DNA of 35,703 nt from a virus (taxonomy: Duplodnaviria > Caudoviricetes). The translations under genes and the position numbers were made by a program. Shown here in pieces: positions 1 to 8,901 of the stretch. The DNA lies in IMG/VR virus record IMGVR_UViG_3300009634_000230, positions 1 to 35,703 of that record; one strand, written 5' to 3'. The notes under the pieces are model-generated. The model saw only the letters and a list, made by a program, of their open reading frames with translations, was not told where the DNA came from and did not search any database. The stretch's first letter is position 1. Every line of letters begins with the position of its first letter.

Positions 1-354
1 ATGGGCAAAACGACGGTTGACTTGACTGAGGTTGCTAACAAAATAAGACAAAAGCTATTCCCTGTCTATGGACTCCGGAATATCTTGTCGGCGGGATTAT
101 TGCTGTTTGACAGGTTGTCCGGCGATGAACAAAAGAATATAATTGCGGAGGCAAACGGCATTGATATTGAGGATGCATCTCAAAAAGCGGCGGGAAATGT
201 TCGCTACATTATTAAAATTTTACAATCTCTGAACGCCAAACAAATTGCCATTGCCTTACAGTTTTTGTCCCCGGACGAATGTCGAGTAGTAAAGAATATT
301 CTTGACGATATCAACCCTGAAATCCAGCACAAAAAACGCAGAGTATCCACTTGA
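1..354 (+). CDS. Hypothetical protein, possible DNA-binding regulator
   Basis: 117 aa ORF starting at the window edge, opposite to the main operon. N-terminus KTTVDLT followed by helices resembles a ribbon-helix-helix start. Function is a guess. Confidence 0.4.
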   Translation: MGKTTVDLTEVANKIRQKLFPVYGLRNILSAGLLLFDRLSGDEQKNIIAEANGIDIEDASQKAAGNVRYIIKILQSLNAKQIAIALQFLSPDECRVVKNILDDINPEIQHKKRRVST

Positions 355-399
355 TTAAGGAGGGTTGCTGAGTTAAAATGCCTTTTTTGAGGTGACAAA

Positions 400-822
400 A
401 TGAAACGCATTCTTTTCGCAGTGATCGTCTTTGTGATCGCCGTTTTTGCCTTTTACTTTATCCCCAGGGGCGTCGAACAACAATCCCCGTCAAAACCAAC
501 CCATATCGAAATACGAAGAATCCTCCCTTCGGCGGTGAAAGAAATACCATTGGTTTTACGAGATGTAACCATCATTGAAAGGGGTATTGGTGGAGAAAAT
601 ATTAGAGTTGGACCGGGGATGAACTACGCATGCAAGGATGGTCCAGCAGAAACATTGGGCGAAAATGAAAGGTTATATGTTCTTGAGGAAAAAGATGGTT
701 GGATACGTTTTAGAGTTGTGCCTGATTCACAAGAGAAAACTTTTAAAAGGCTTGATATACCCTATCGTGAATGGTCGGCATGGATAAAAAAGGATTTGAC
801 GATTCCGGATTCCCAACATTGA
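400..822 (+). CDS. Membrane-anchored SH3-like domain protein
   Basis: RBS GAGGTG; N-terminal hydrophobic segment; bacterial SH3b-like motif NIRVGPGMNY...LYVLEEKDGWIRF...WIKKDL. Confidence 0.65.
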   Translation: MKRILFAVIVFVIAVFAFYFIPRGVEQQSPSKPTHIEIRRILPSAVKEIPLVLRDVTIIERGIGGENIRVGPGMNYACKDGPAETLGENERLYVLEEKDGWIRFRVVPDSQEKTFKRLDIPYREWSAWIKKDLTIPDSQH

Positions 823-934
823 TCATCACCGGAACCAAGGATTATTACAATATGGGCGGCGAAAAGCAGACGGTCTTTGTCCTTGAGCCGCTTGAAGTGC
901 CGGATAATGTCTTGTAAATCCTCTTTATTTGCCC

Positions 935-977
935 TCCTGCCCTCGATGGTTGCCCCAGAGGTCTGCAATCGGGGGTC
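935..977. repeat. 43-bp dispersed direct repeat, copy 1 (stem-loop)
   Basis: Matches 18426-18468 at 39/43 positions. ccctcgat can pair with atcggggg. Confidence 0.85.
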
Positions 978-1045
978 CATTTAGGCCGCCTTTGGCCTCT
1001 CGCAAGCCGTAGGCCCTGTGGTGAGCCGTAATGCTTCATTAGAAC

Positions 1046-1116
1046 CCTCGTGCATCGCCCCCGCGGTTAGATTTGCTGGGCAAATCTGCGGGGGGCGACC
1101 GATTCAATCGGCTATT
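1046..1116. terminator. Hairpin cluster between convergent transcription units
   Basis: tcgcccccgc..agatttgc tgg gcaaatct gcggggggcga and atcggcta ttt tggccgat lie just past the RCC1 gene stop. No clear U-tract. Confidence 0.45.
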
Positions 1117-1129
1117 TTGGCCGATAGCG

Positions 1130-3526
1130 TTAAGTGCCGAACTCTTTGTGAAATAAACCGCCGCTGCCGTCGATAACTGCTTTGCCGCCGTAGCCGATAG
1201 CTCCGTCAAGTCCCATATAGCCATCGCCGGGTGGATTATTCATATCACTGCTGATTATTGTATTTCTGATATTGACACTTATTATGTCTCTGTATCGACC
1301 GCCGGGAAGATAAGATTTTTTGCCGCGACCTATATCGACTGTCGGACTACCCAGCAACGGACGCAGAGTATATATTTCTTTGCCGTGCGAATGCGCCTCG
1401 AAAGCTACGCCCCAAGTTATTCCGCCATCGTTACGATACAAGAGCAACTGACCGCAAACCCCGACGGCATTTGGGTTTTTAATTGCGGCAATATAATGGT
1501 CGTCGAAGGTAAAAGATACTACCCATCCATCAATCGGCACTATCGGCCAGGTAGCTGTCTGCCATATCCATTTTTCCGGCTCGCCTGCGTCTGGGTCCCA
1601 ATTGTCTCTTCGCGGCACTATAAAGGTTCTATTCGGATCAGACCACGAAGGCAAAATTGGATTACCTTGAAACTTTGTCGTTATTGTTATGCCGCTGAAT
1701 GTGATAGATATTGAGCCGGTGTAATCGAGAACGCATCTTGCAGCCCGCGTCACTCTCCGTTTTTGTGTTGTGCGATTGTAGCCGATACCCTTTACGGTGA
1801 TTATGGAGTTTACCGCAAGACGTTGGTAATAACCTGCTGCGATTGCCTTAAAATTGTTTCCTTGCGGTATATCTGCTTGGCCGCCATCATCCCCCCACGC
1901 AATGATTGAACCATCCGATTTCAGGGCAACCGACATATTTCCGCCTGCCGCGATTGCGATAAAATCTATCCCTGCCGGAAAATCACATTGACCATTACTA
2001 TTATCACCCCAAGCAACGATACTGCCATCAGATTTTAGGCCGAGTGAGTGTCGCCGTCCCGCCGCGATTGCCGTAAATGTTCCGGGTGAACAACTTGCCT
2101 GCCCATAGGTATTGTCGCCCCATGCTTTTATGCTACCGCCAATTCTGAGGCCGAGCGAATGTGCCTCACCTGCCGCTACCGCAATAAAATCCTGATAAAT
2201 GGATATATCAGGGACATCACATTGTCCGCTGTCATTATTGCCCCACGCGACAATATATCCTTGCCCATTTCCTGCGCCGTGTTCGTGAATTGCGAGATTG
2301 TGATACCATCCGGCGGCGATATTGATATAAACTATGGGCGTTCCGCCGAAAATAGCGGGCGGGCATGGAGACCAAAAATCACTATCACCCCAGCCGACAA
2401 TAGTACTGCGGTCAATTTTCAAAGCAATGCTATGCTGTTTCCCCGCCGCAATTTTGTCATAGTCCGTTCCGGCTGGGCAATCAGTTTGCCCATAAGTATT
2501 GTCACTCCAGGCATAAAGCGAGCCGTCCGTCTTACGAGCTATTGCGTGTGCTACCCCTGCCGTCATTTTATCAAAAGCATATCCCGAAAAAGTCAACATC
2601 GGGGAACCGACAGGCGCCCACGGATAGATTGTATGATTAGATATTTTGAGAGCAAGTCCGAAGCCAACACCTGCTGCGATTGCCGTATAGCCGGTTCCGG
2701 CAGGCGGTTTCACCAAAGCGCTGTAACCCAAACCCCAACCTCTCAAAGAGCCGTCTTTTCTAAGGGCAAGAGAATGTAAGTAACCCGCTGCAATGGCGAT
2801 AAAACTATTTCCAGAAGGGCAGGTCGTTTCGCCGTAAGAGTTTGTCCCCCAGCCGACTATTGAGCCGTCTTTCCTCAGAGCCAGATTATGACGCCAGCCG
2901 GCAGTAATAGCCGTAAAGATATTGTCACCGATGACCGAGGGATAATCCGTTTGGTGGTCGCCGTTCCAGCCCCAAGCGATTATCGAACCGTCTGTTTTAA
3001 GGGCGACGCCATGCGCCTCGCCCGCCACAATCACCGTAAAATTGTAACCAGCCGGAATACTTGCAATCTGCCCGTGGCTATCGTAGCCCCAACCGACGAT
3101 AGAACCATCCGATTTCAGGGCAAGCCCAAACGATGTCCCCGCCGCAACGGCGATAAAATCCGTCCCCGATGGCGGGTCAAGAATCGTAACCCCCAATCCG
3201 CCCACTGTTGGCATCGCATTTTTTTGTCCCCATTGAACGATTGAGCCATCTGCTTTTACGGCTAAACCCCACGCCCCTTTACCAGCAGATATGTAAGTGT
3301 ACCCTTTACCAGTGGGCGCCGGCCTGTCCTCTGCCTCTGCGATATTATCCCAAGAATTACGTTCAATTATCTCGCCGTCTGACGTCAGAAAAACAGAATT
3401 GCCGCCGCCTGCCGCGATTTTATCGACGTAGTTATTGGTGGGAAAAACGGTATTGTAATTGGCGTCTGTACCCCAGCCTATGCCGGCCCTGTAATTCTTA
3501 CCTCTCAATATGTAGGTCTGTGCCAT
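1130..3526 (-). CDS. RCC1/BLIP-II repeat protein, probable tail receptor-binding protein
   Basis: 14 repeats of the type FxAIAAGxxHSLAL-KxDGSIxxWG; last gene of the tail module; no signal peptide. Confidence 0.8.
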   Translation of the reverse strand: MAQTYILRGKNYRAGIGWGTDANYNTVFPTNNYVDKIAAGGGNSVFLTSDGEIIERNSWDNIAEAEDRPAPTGKGYTYISAGKGAWGLAVKADGSIVQWGQKNAMPTVGGLGVTILDPPSGTDFIAVAAGTSFGLALKSDGSIVGWGYDSHGQIASIPAGYNFTVIVAGEAHGVALKTDGSIIAWGWNGDHQTDYPSVIGDNIFTAITAGWRHNLALRKDGSIVGWGTNSYGETTCPSGNSFIAIAAGYLHSLALRKDGSLRGWGLGYSALVKPPAGTGYTAIAAGVGFGLALKISNHTIYPWAPVGSPMLTFSGYAFDKMTAGVAHAIARKTDGSLYAWSDNTYGQTDCPAGTDYDKIAAGKQHSIALKIDRSTIVGWGDSDFWSPCPPAIFGGTPIVYINIAAGWYHNLAIHEHGAGNGQGYIVAWGNNDSGQCDVPDISIYQDFIAVAAGEAHSLGLRIGGSIKAWGDNTYGQASCSPGTFTAIAAGRRHSLGLKSDGSIVAWGDNSNGQCDFPAGIDFIAIAAGGNMSVALKSDGSIIAWGDDGGQADIPQGNNFKAIAAGYYQRLAVNSIITVKGIGYNRTTQKRRVTRAARCVLDYTGSISITFSGITITTKFQGNPILPSWSDPNRTFIVPRRDNWDPDAGEPEKWIWQTATWPIVPIDGWVVSFTFDDHYIAAIKNPNAVGVCGQLLLYRNDGGITWGVAFEAHSHGKEIYTLRPLLGSPTVDIGRGKKSYLPGGRYRDIISVNIRNTIISSDMNNPPGDGYMGLDGAIGYGGKAVIDGSGGLFHKEFGT

Positions 3527-3534
3527 TATCCTCT

Positions 3535-5055
3535 CTATGCGTTATTCGAGGCATCCTCATCGCTTGCCTCAAAGCCCTCTGTAGTTTCCCAAACACCATT
3601 CATTTTTGCGATTTTGAGTTTGTCGGCAAACTGTTTTGCAATTTCCCAGTATGTTTCAAAGTCGCCGTATGTTGGCCGGTTATCCTCAGTGCCGGTATGC
3701 CCTAAGATGCAGAAGAAAATACCTTTATGACTTGTGCCCCATATATACTCACCGCCGCTATAAATTCCTGCTGTCCATTCGACCGGCGGATTAGTGATTT
3801 GAGAGTACCCGATTGTTTTGTGCATCGTCAGCAAGTGCCTGTCAGCATCTCGCAAGTCGCCGCCGCCGGATATATCGCAATAGACCTCAATCTGCTGGAT
3901 AACTGCCCAGTAAGCAGCCCAGTTAGTCCCGGTAATAGGTCTTGTTGTGTCGTCTGTGGCCTCATAGCCGATTATACAGTAATAAATTTGGGCATCGTCG
4001 CCGACAAGCGTATCGTCTTTGGCCCAAACCTTATGTTCCCACGCTGCGGGGTCAGTGCCATCATGATCGAGAAAACAGGTTATATGATTTGATTCGCCTG
4101 CATCTTCTGCGACATAGGCAGTATGAATGCCGGTGGGTTCCTCTATGGGTATGCCCACCCATTTGCCGATTGCGCCTTTGCTCGTTGCGGTTCCGCCATC
4201 GCTTGTGGCATCATCGCCTGCCTGCTCATAAGTTATCTGGTCATTTTCCGTATCGACATTGGTTATGATAAAGGTGCCGTTGAACGAATCATCGGCGACA
4301 TCGGCGATTATCACTGATTTGCCTGTTTCAAAATCATCCACCGATTCCAGTGTGGCGATGACTGTGCCGGAAGCCCTGTCAATACTTGCAATATTCGCTA
4401 TGGCATCGTTGTTTATCTGCCAGACAGCCAATCGGTCTGCAACAGATAGATTATGGCTTGACTCGGTTGAGTAATTTTCATAGAGATTGAGAATTTCAGT
4501 TGTGCCTGTGCCATCATCTTCAAAATGGTCAACCGCACTGCCTTCCCAGTTGGTATCGATTATTTTCTGTTTTTTGCAGTTATAAACGCCTGACCCCGTA
4601 GCATTTGAAACGATCTCATAGATTTTAACTCCCGCTGAACTGGTTTCGCCGGCTGTTATTTCAAACGGTATTCCCACCCACCGTTTTGTGCCTTCATCAT
4701 CCGTTCTCTGCCAGGCGGCCAGACGGTCTTCGACTACAAGTGCAGTCCCTGCCCCTCCGCTTTCCGCAAGGTTAAGGATTTCAACGATGACCGGGGTTTC
4801 ATCTTTTGGCTGAAACTTATCGACTCCTGTCCCTGCCCAGTTCATCTTGACGAGTTGCAGCTCGAAGCAGTTATATATGCCATCGCCCGTCCCTGCCGTC
4901 TGCACCTCGAATATTTTTATATCCGTCCCCCGTGGCGGCCACATCTTGGCCCTTCGCGGTTCAGATATGAGTGGCAGAGGTCTGTTCGCCTTGCGTATTA
5001 TCTTCTGTAATTTTGCGAGTGCCCTGCCCGTCAATGTATAATCGCGGTCGGCCAT
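3535..5055 (-). CDS. Tail tip/fibre protein with duplicated domain and carbohydrate-binding-like inserts
   Basis: Position after the distal tail genes. Internal duplication IKIFEV..GIYNC..EILNL..DRLAAWQ..WVGIP; two W..G..IYxCIxG..RP..YW repeats. Confidence 0.6.
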   Translation of the reverse strand: MADRDYTLTGRALAKLQKIIRKANRPLPLISEPRRAKMWPPRGTDIKIFEVQTAGTGDGIYNCFELQLVKMNWAGTGVDKFQPKDETPVIVEILNLAESGGAGTALVVEDRLAAWQRTDDEGTKRWVGIPFEITAGETSSAGVKIYEIVSNATGSGVYNCKKQKIIDTNWEGSAVDHFEDDGTGTTEILNLYENYSTESSHNLSVADRLAVWQINNDAIANIASIDRASGTVIATLESVDDFETGKSVIIADVADDSFNGTFIITNVDTENDQITYEQAGDDATSDGGTATSKGAIGKWVGIPIEEPTGIHTAYVAEDAGESNHITCFLDHDGTDPAAWEHKVWAKDDTLVGDDAQIYYCIIGYEATDDTTRPITGTNWAAYWAVIQQIEVYCDISGGGDLRDADRHLLTMHKTIGYSQITNPPVEWTAGIYSGGEYIWGTSHKGIFFCILGHTGTEDNRPTYGDFETYWEIAKQFADKLKIAKMNGVWETTEGFEASDEDASNNA

Positions 5056-5096
5056 TTGTCTTTCCTATCCGCTACCTGTTGTTCCTGAACGTTGTT

Positions 5097-6035
5097 TTAC
5101 GTTCCCGATGCTCGGAGAACCACAAAGGCATCAGAATCGACGTTATTTGTCAGGGTGATGATGGCCGGGTCATATTTCAGTGTTCCGCCGGCATCAAGTT
5201 TAGTTGTCGTTATTATCCTGACCGCGGTTGATTTTGTCAGGTCCAAGGTCCCGGCGGTCTTTATAGCAACCGTGGCGATTGTTCCTGTTGTATTGCTTGT
5301 CACTGTCCCGCCCTCGATGGTCAATGTCGTTACGGTACCGGTGCCGTCTATCAGCAGCGTGCCGGCCTTTGTTGTGATGGTTGTCGCAGCGCAAAGCAGC
5401 GTATTTTCACCGCCTGTCTGGTTCAATGTCGTCAATGTCGCGCCCGGCCCGATTGTCAGTTCCACATCGCTCGATGGTTGTGTCGTATAGCTGGAATTTA
5501 TAACACTGAAGGTCGCCGACTCTCCCGTCCCGAAGGCGATGCCGACCTTTCCTTTGCGTATTTCGAGCGTATTGCCGGCGTTTGTCCCCAGCAGCATTAC
5601 TGTCGGCGTATTTGTGTTCGCCGGCGGCCCGCTGTTGTAGATGGTGATGGCCGTCTGTACCGTTCCGAGGTTGAGTTTGATTCTCCCGCTTCCGGTTGGT
5701 ATCCCCGGCCCGTTGTAATAACCTATCTTCACGGCCGTCGCTCCTATCGAAAGATAGTTGACATCATCTCCTATCTGGCCTATATAGCTCTGTGATATAT
5801 TCAGTGATGCGAGGGTCTTTGATGATTGCGCAAGGCCGCCTGTCACGTTTACCGACGAATTCTCGAAATAGACATTATTGCCGTCCCTCGGCACTTCGCC
5901 TGTTGACCAGTTGGCTGCTACCGCCCAGTTGCTGTCCGTTGTTCCTGTCCAGAGGATGGTATTGGCTGCGCTGGAGAGTTCTGCCAGTAAACTGATGATT
6001 AACAAACCAACAATCAAAATCTTTTTTGTTTTCAT
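5097..6035 (-). CDS. Signal-peptide beta-helix/passenger-like protein in the tail module
   Basis: MKTKKILIVGLLIISLLAELSSA signal; WTGTTDSNWAVAANWSTGEVP motif; T/G-rich beta repeats. Confidence 0.65.
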   Translation of the reverse strand: MKTKKILIVGLLIISLLAELSSAANTILWTGTTDSNWAVAANWSTGEVPRDGNNVYFENSSVNVTGGLAQSSKTLASLNISQSYIGQIGDDVNYLSIGATAVKIGYYNGPGIPTGSGRIKLNLGTVQTAITIYNSGPPANTNTPTVMLLGTNAGNTLEIRKGKVGIAFGTGESATFSVINSSYTTQPSSDVELTIGPGATLTTLNQTGGENTLLCAATTITTKAGTLLIDGTGTVTTLTIEGGTVTSNTTGTIATVAIKTAGTLDLTKSTAVRIITTTKLDAGGTLKYDPAIITLTNNVDSDAFVVLRASGT

Positions 6036-6082
6036 AATTTAGTTCCTTATCCTGAATTTTTTCCTCTATATTTATTTACTCA

Positions 6083-7039
6083 TTATCTGCCCAGATTCAG
6101 TCCCGAAAATGCCATCTTCCTTTTCGTCCAAAAATAAAGCGGTACAGCCGGTTCAAACGGTTCGCCGGGTCTCGGAGGATATATTCTGGTCCCGGACAGG
6201 CGAAGCGGCACGGGCAATGGCGTCGGGTCACCGTTGTCATCTAGCGCTCGGACAATCACTTTTTTGCCTTCAGTATCGATATCAATAGCCTCGCCATATC
6301 CCTCGTTTAATATTCGTCTATACCATCCCCAATTCCAATTATGGTCTTGTAGCGTGAAAATAAAATTATAAGTGGCCTTGAAATAAAACAGGTTGGCACA
6401 TCGCATTCTGACTGCCACAGGCGCCCGGCACATCGCATCCCCGGGTTTGTAACCCCAAAAACTATCGATATTTATAGTATTGGCATATTGCGACATCAAT
6501 TTGTCGTCCCATTCCGGCTGGTTCCTTGTGATTCGCAGTGTCGTAAATGCCGTAGGTTCCTGCAGGGGCGGGTCGAACGGTTCTCCGTTCACGTTGCAGA
6601 GCGGTTTCAGCAGCAATCCATCATCATCATAGGCCATGTCGATTCTTTGTGATATTTCCTCGCTTCCCCAGTCGATGTCCCAGGGCTGGTCGCATGGATT
6701 CGCTAACATCTCCGGCACAGAGTCGGATGATCTGTTTGCCTGGTTTGAGTAAATGCAGATGACCTCATAATCAAAAGGCCCCACCGCCTTGACACTTTTT
6801 TTTTGCAGCCACAGCCAGGGATTGAACGGATGTCCCGAAAAAGCTGGTGGCACCTGATGCTGGTCTCCCGCCACGCTTCCGGGCGCGGCGGCGGTCAGCG
6901 CCAATAATGGTCTTAATCGGGGGTCGTCAGTATTATCGAATGCGACCTGGCATGTGAGCGGGGCAGTAAGAACCATGGTCGCCAGGTCCTGCTCACATGA
7001 ATACCCATGCCAGTCTAATACAACAGATATCACGGCCAT
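6083..7039 (-). CDS. Tail protein (distal tail/tip-like)
   Basis: Directly follows the tape measure gene; NVNGEPFDPPL, RITRN and NEGY motifs recalled from phage tail proteins. Confidence 0.55.
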   Translation of the reverse strand: MAVISVVLDWHGYSCEQDLATMVLTAPLTCQVAFDNTDDPRLRPLLALTAAAPGSVAGDQHQVPPAFSGHPFNPWLWLQKKSVKAVGPFDYEVICIYSNQANRSSDSVPEMLANPCDQPWDIDWGSEEISQRIDMAYDDDGLLLKPLCNVNGEPFDPPLQEPTAFTTLRITRNQPEWDDKLMSQYANTINIDSFWGYKPGDAMCRAPVAVRMRCANLFYFKATYNFIFTLQDHNWNWGWYRRILNEGYGEAIDIDTEGKKVIVRALDDNGDPTPLPVPLRLSGTRIYPPRPGEPFEPAVPLYFWTKRKMAFSGLNLGR

Positions 7040-7042
7040 AAT

Positions 7043-8464
7043 TTAACCTTCCAAATCCTCAATATTGACCGGCTGAACCCTTCCGGCCTTATGTATGTTG
7101 TCCAATACGACCTTTATCTGCTGCAGCAGCGATGTGCTTTCCTGCGAACTCTTCGCTATTTGCGCATCATAATTGATTGTCTGGTTCGGCGATGCCCATC
7201 CTCTCATTTTTCCCATCTCGAACGGCGCCAGTCCCGGCGTCGGGTCGTACGGTTTTATTTTGGCCTTATCCTCGAGTCCCTGTAATTTTTCGGCCCAGGG
7301 TATTAGGAATTGAATGTCCTTTATCTTCGCGCCTTTTAAGAGCATCTCATAGAGCATCGTAAATCCCTTGCTCTTGCCAAAGGTGTCGATACTGGTTTCC
7401 ATATGCAAAAAGGAATCATCGATTGCTTTTGTCAGGTCCTTGGCCTTCGTCATCTGTTCGAGGTCGAACATGTCTTTGTTGTATTTTGCCAGGTCCTCCG
7501 GATTGACTCCCAGCATTTTCAGGTCATAGTATTTTTTTCCGCCCGCCGTATCGCCGAAAGTTTCAATCTCCCTGTTGAGTTCCGCCATTGCCTTCGTATA
7601 TTCTTTGGCTCCTTTTATTTGGGCATCCGTTTTTTCTACAGCATCATCGCCCTTATCAACATATTGCCGGAGGACGTCGAGCGCATCGCCTGTCCCTTTG
7701 GCTATATCCTTCCATTGTTCTGTCTGTTGTTTTACTTTGCTGCCCCATAGATAATATTGTCCCTCTGGCGATGTCCTGCCCGTCCCCAGCATATAAAATA
7801 ATCCCGATAATTGTTTCATCACAAATACGCTTGGCCCGGTTGTTATATTACCCACATTTTCCTTAAGGTCTTTCCATGAGTTGGATAGCCTGTCGATTTG
7901 ACCTTGTGTCCCTTTTGCCATTTCCTGCGTTACGATAAATCCTCTATTACCTTCGGTCAGGACCTTATTAAATCTCTCCGTCTGCGAGCTGCAGTCATCG
8001 AATTTCATCCCCAATCTTGTAAACCCTATATAATTGCCCTCGGCCGCCTTAGCGACCATTCTCATTGTTGTTTCGAGGTCTTTTTGAAGTATTGTTGACC
8101 AGCCGATTGCTGCCTCGGTTGCTTTTTGCAATTGTTCGCCGGATAGATGTCCCAATTGTGCGCCAAGTCCCATCGCTTTCACGATGAGCATATCGTGGAT
8201 TCCGGTCAGTTTTTCAAGCTCACCCGCGTATTTTTGCGCCGCGCTGGCCGCATCTACACCCAGAACACCCGCTAATCGCAGCATTTGCTGTTCAAGTTGG
8301 GCATATTCCTTGATTGAATCCTCGATAAAACTGCCGATTTGATAGGCCCCGAACCCGCCGGCGATCGTCGTGAATGCCGAACTGAACGCCCTTTCGATGT
8401 CGGAGAGTTCTCTGCTCGCTCGGTCATAGCCCTGTATTACGATATCTACCTGGTGTTTCGCCAC
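7043..8464 (-). CDS. Tail tape measure protein
   Basis: GTG start with GAGG RBS; N-terminus VDIVIQGYDRAS; helical Ala/Gly-rich; LSNSWKDLKENVG motif; follows the chaperone genes. Confidence 0.85.
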   Translation of the reverse strand: MAKHQVDIVIQGYDRASRELSDIERAFSSAFTTIAGGFGAYQIGSFIEDSIKEYAQLEQQMLRLAGVLGVDAASAAQKYAGELEKLTGIHDMLIVKAMGLGAQLGHLSGEQLQKATEAAIGWSTILQKDLETTMRMVAKAAEGNYIGFTRLGMKFDDCSSQTERFNKVLTEGNRGFIVTQEMAKGTQGQIDRLSNSWKDLKENVGNITTGPSVFVMKQLSGLFYMLGTGRTSPEGQYYLWGSKVKQQTEQWKDIAKGTGDALDVLRQYVDKGDDAVEKTDAQIKGAKEYTKAMAELNREIETFGDTAGGKKYYDLKMLGVNPEDLAKYNKDMFDLEQMTKAKDLTKAIDDSFLHMETSIDTFGKSKGFTMLYEMLLKGAKIKDIQFLIPWAEKLQGLEDKAKIKPYDPTPGLAPFEMGKMRGWASPNQTINYDAQIAKSSQESTSLLQQIKVVLDNIHKAGRVQPVNIEDLEG

Positions 8465-8477
8465 ATCTACCTCATAT

Positions 8478-8562
8478 CAAAAAGCAGATATAAAAAAGTA
8501 AAAATGTTATGCGGCTTTGCCGCCTCCGAATTTTTACTATTTACTTTTTACTATTTGCTTTG
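8478..8562. repeat. Inverted heptamer arrays around a GCGGC-ttt-GCCGC hairpin
   Basis: (aaaagca/aaaagta)n, then gcggctttgccgc, then (tttacta/tttactt)n. Same layout at 20956-21052. Confidence 0.75.
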
Positions 8563-8901
8563 TTTATAGAAAGTTCTTAGCTTTCCAACGAACCTCGCGC
8601 CATCGAGGAACCCTTTTGCCTGGTCTAATTGTCCGCCCGCGACGGGTGCCAGTCCGTGTTCGAGGTACATCGTTGCCACCTCAATAAATTCCCACGTCCC
8701 GGGCGGTATGATTGTCAGGGGGCATTTGTTTATATAGATTTTTCCCGTTTTTTTGCATTCTTTGCATCCCGCCGCGCCGCATTCCGGGCACTCGAAGAAA
8801 AGCGGCGTCGATTTTGTCGGCTTGTCCCTGCATTTATCATTTCCCGGGCAGTTTTTGCAGCCGGCCCCGAACGACAGGCCGACCGCGATTGTCAGTTTTT
8901 T
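8551..8901 (-). CDS. Tail assembly chaperone GT extension (-1 frameshift product; not in ORF track)
   Basis: The -1 frame after A AAA AAC is open for about 115 codons: LTIAVGLSFGAGCKNCPG...CPECGAAGCKEC...APVAGGQLDQAKGF...KQSK-stop. Confidence 0.8.
   Translation of the reverse strand, partial: KKLTIAVGLSFGAGCKNCPGNDKCRDKPTKSTPLFFECPECGAAGCKECKKTGKIYINKCPLTIIPPGTWEFIEVATMYLEHGLAPVAGGQLDQAKGFLDGARFVGKLRTFYKQSK

Noticed and set aside
1039-1400. DGR variable region at the end of the RCC1 tail protein with downstream hairpin
   Set aside because: No reverse transcriptase, Avd or adenine-mismatched template repeat was seen in the window.
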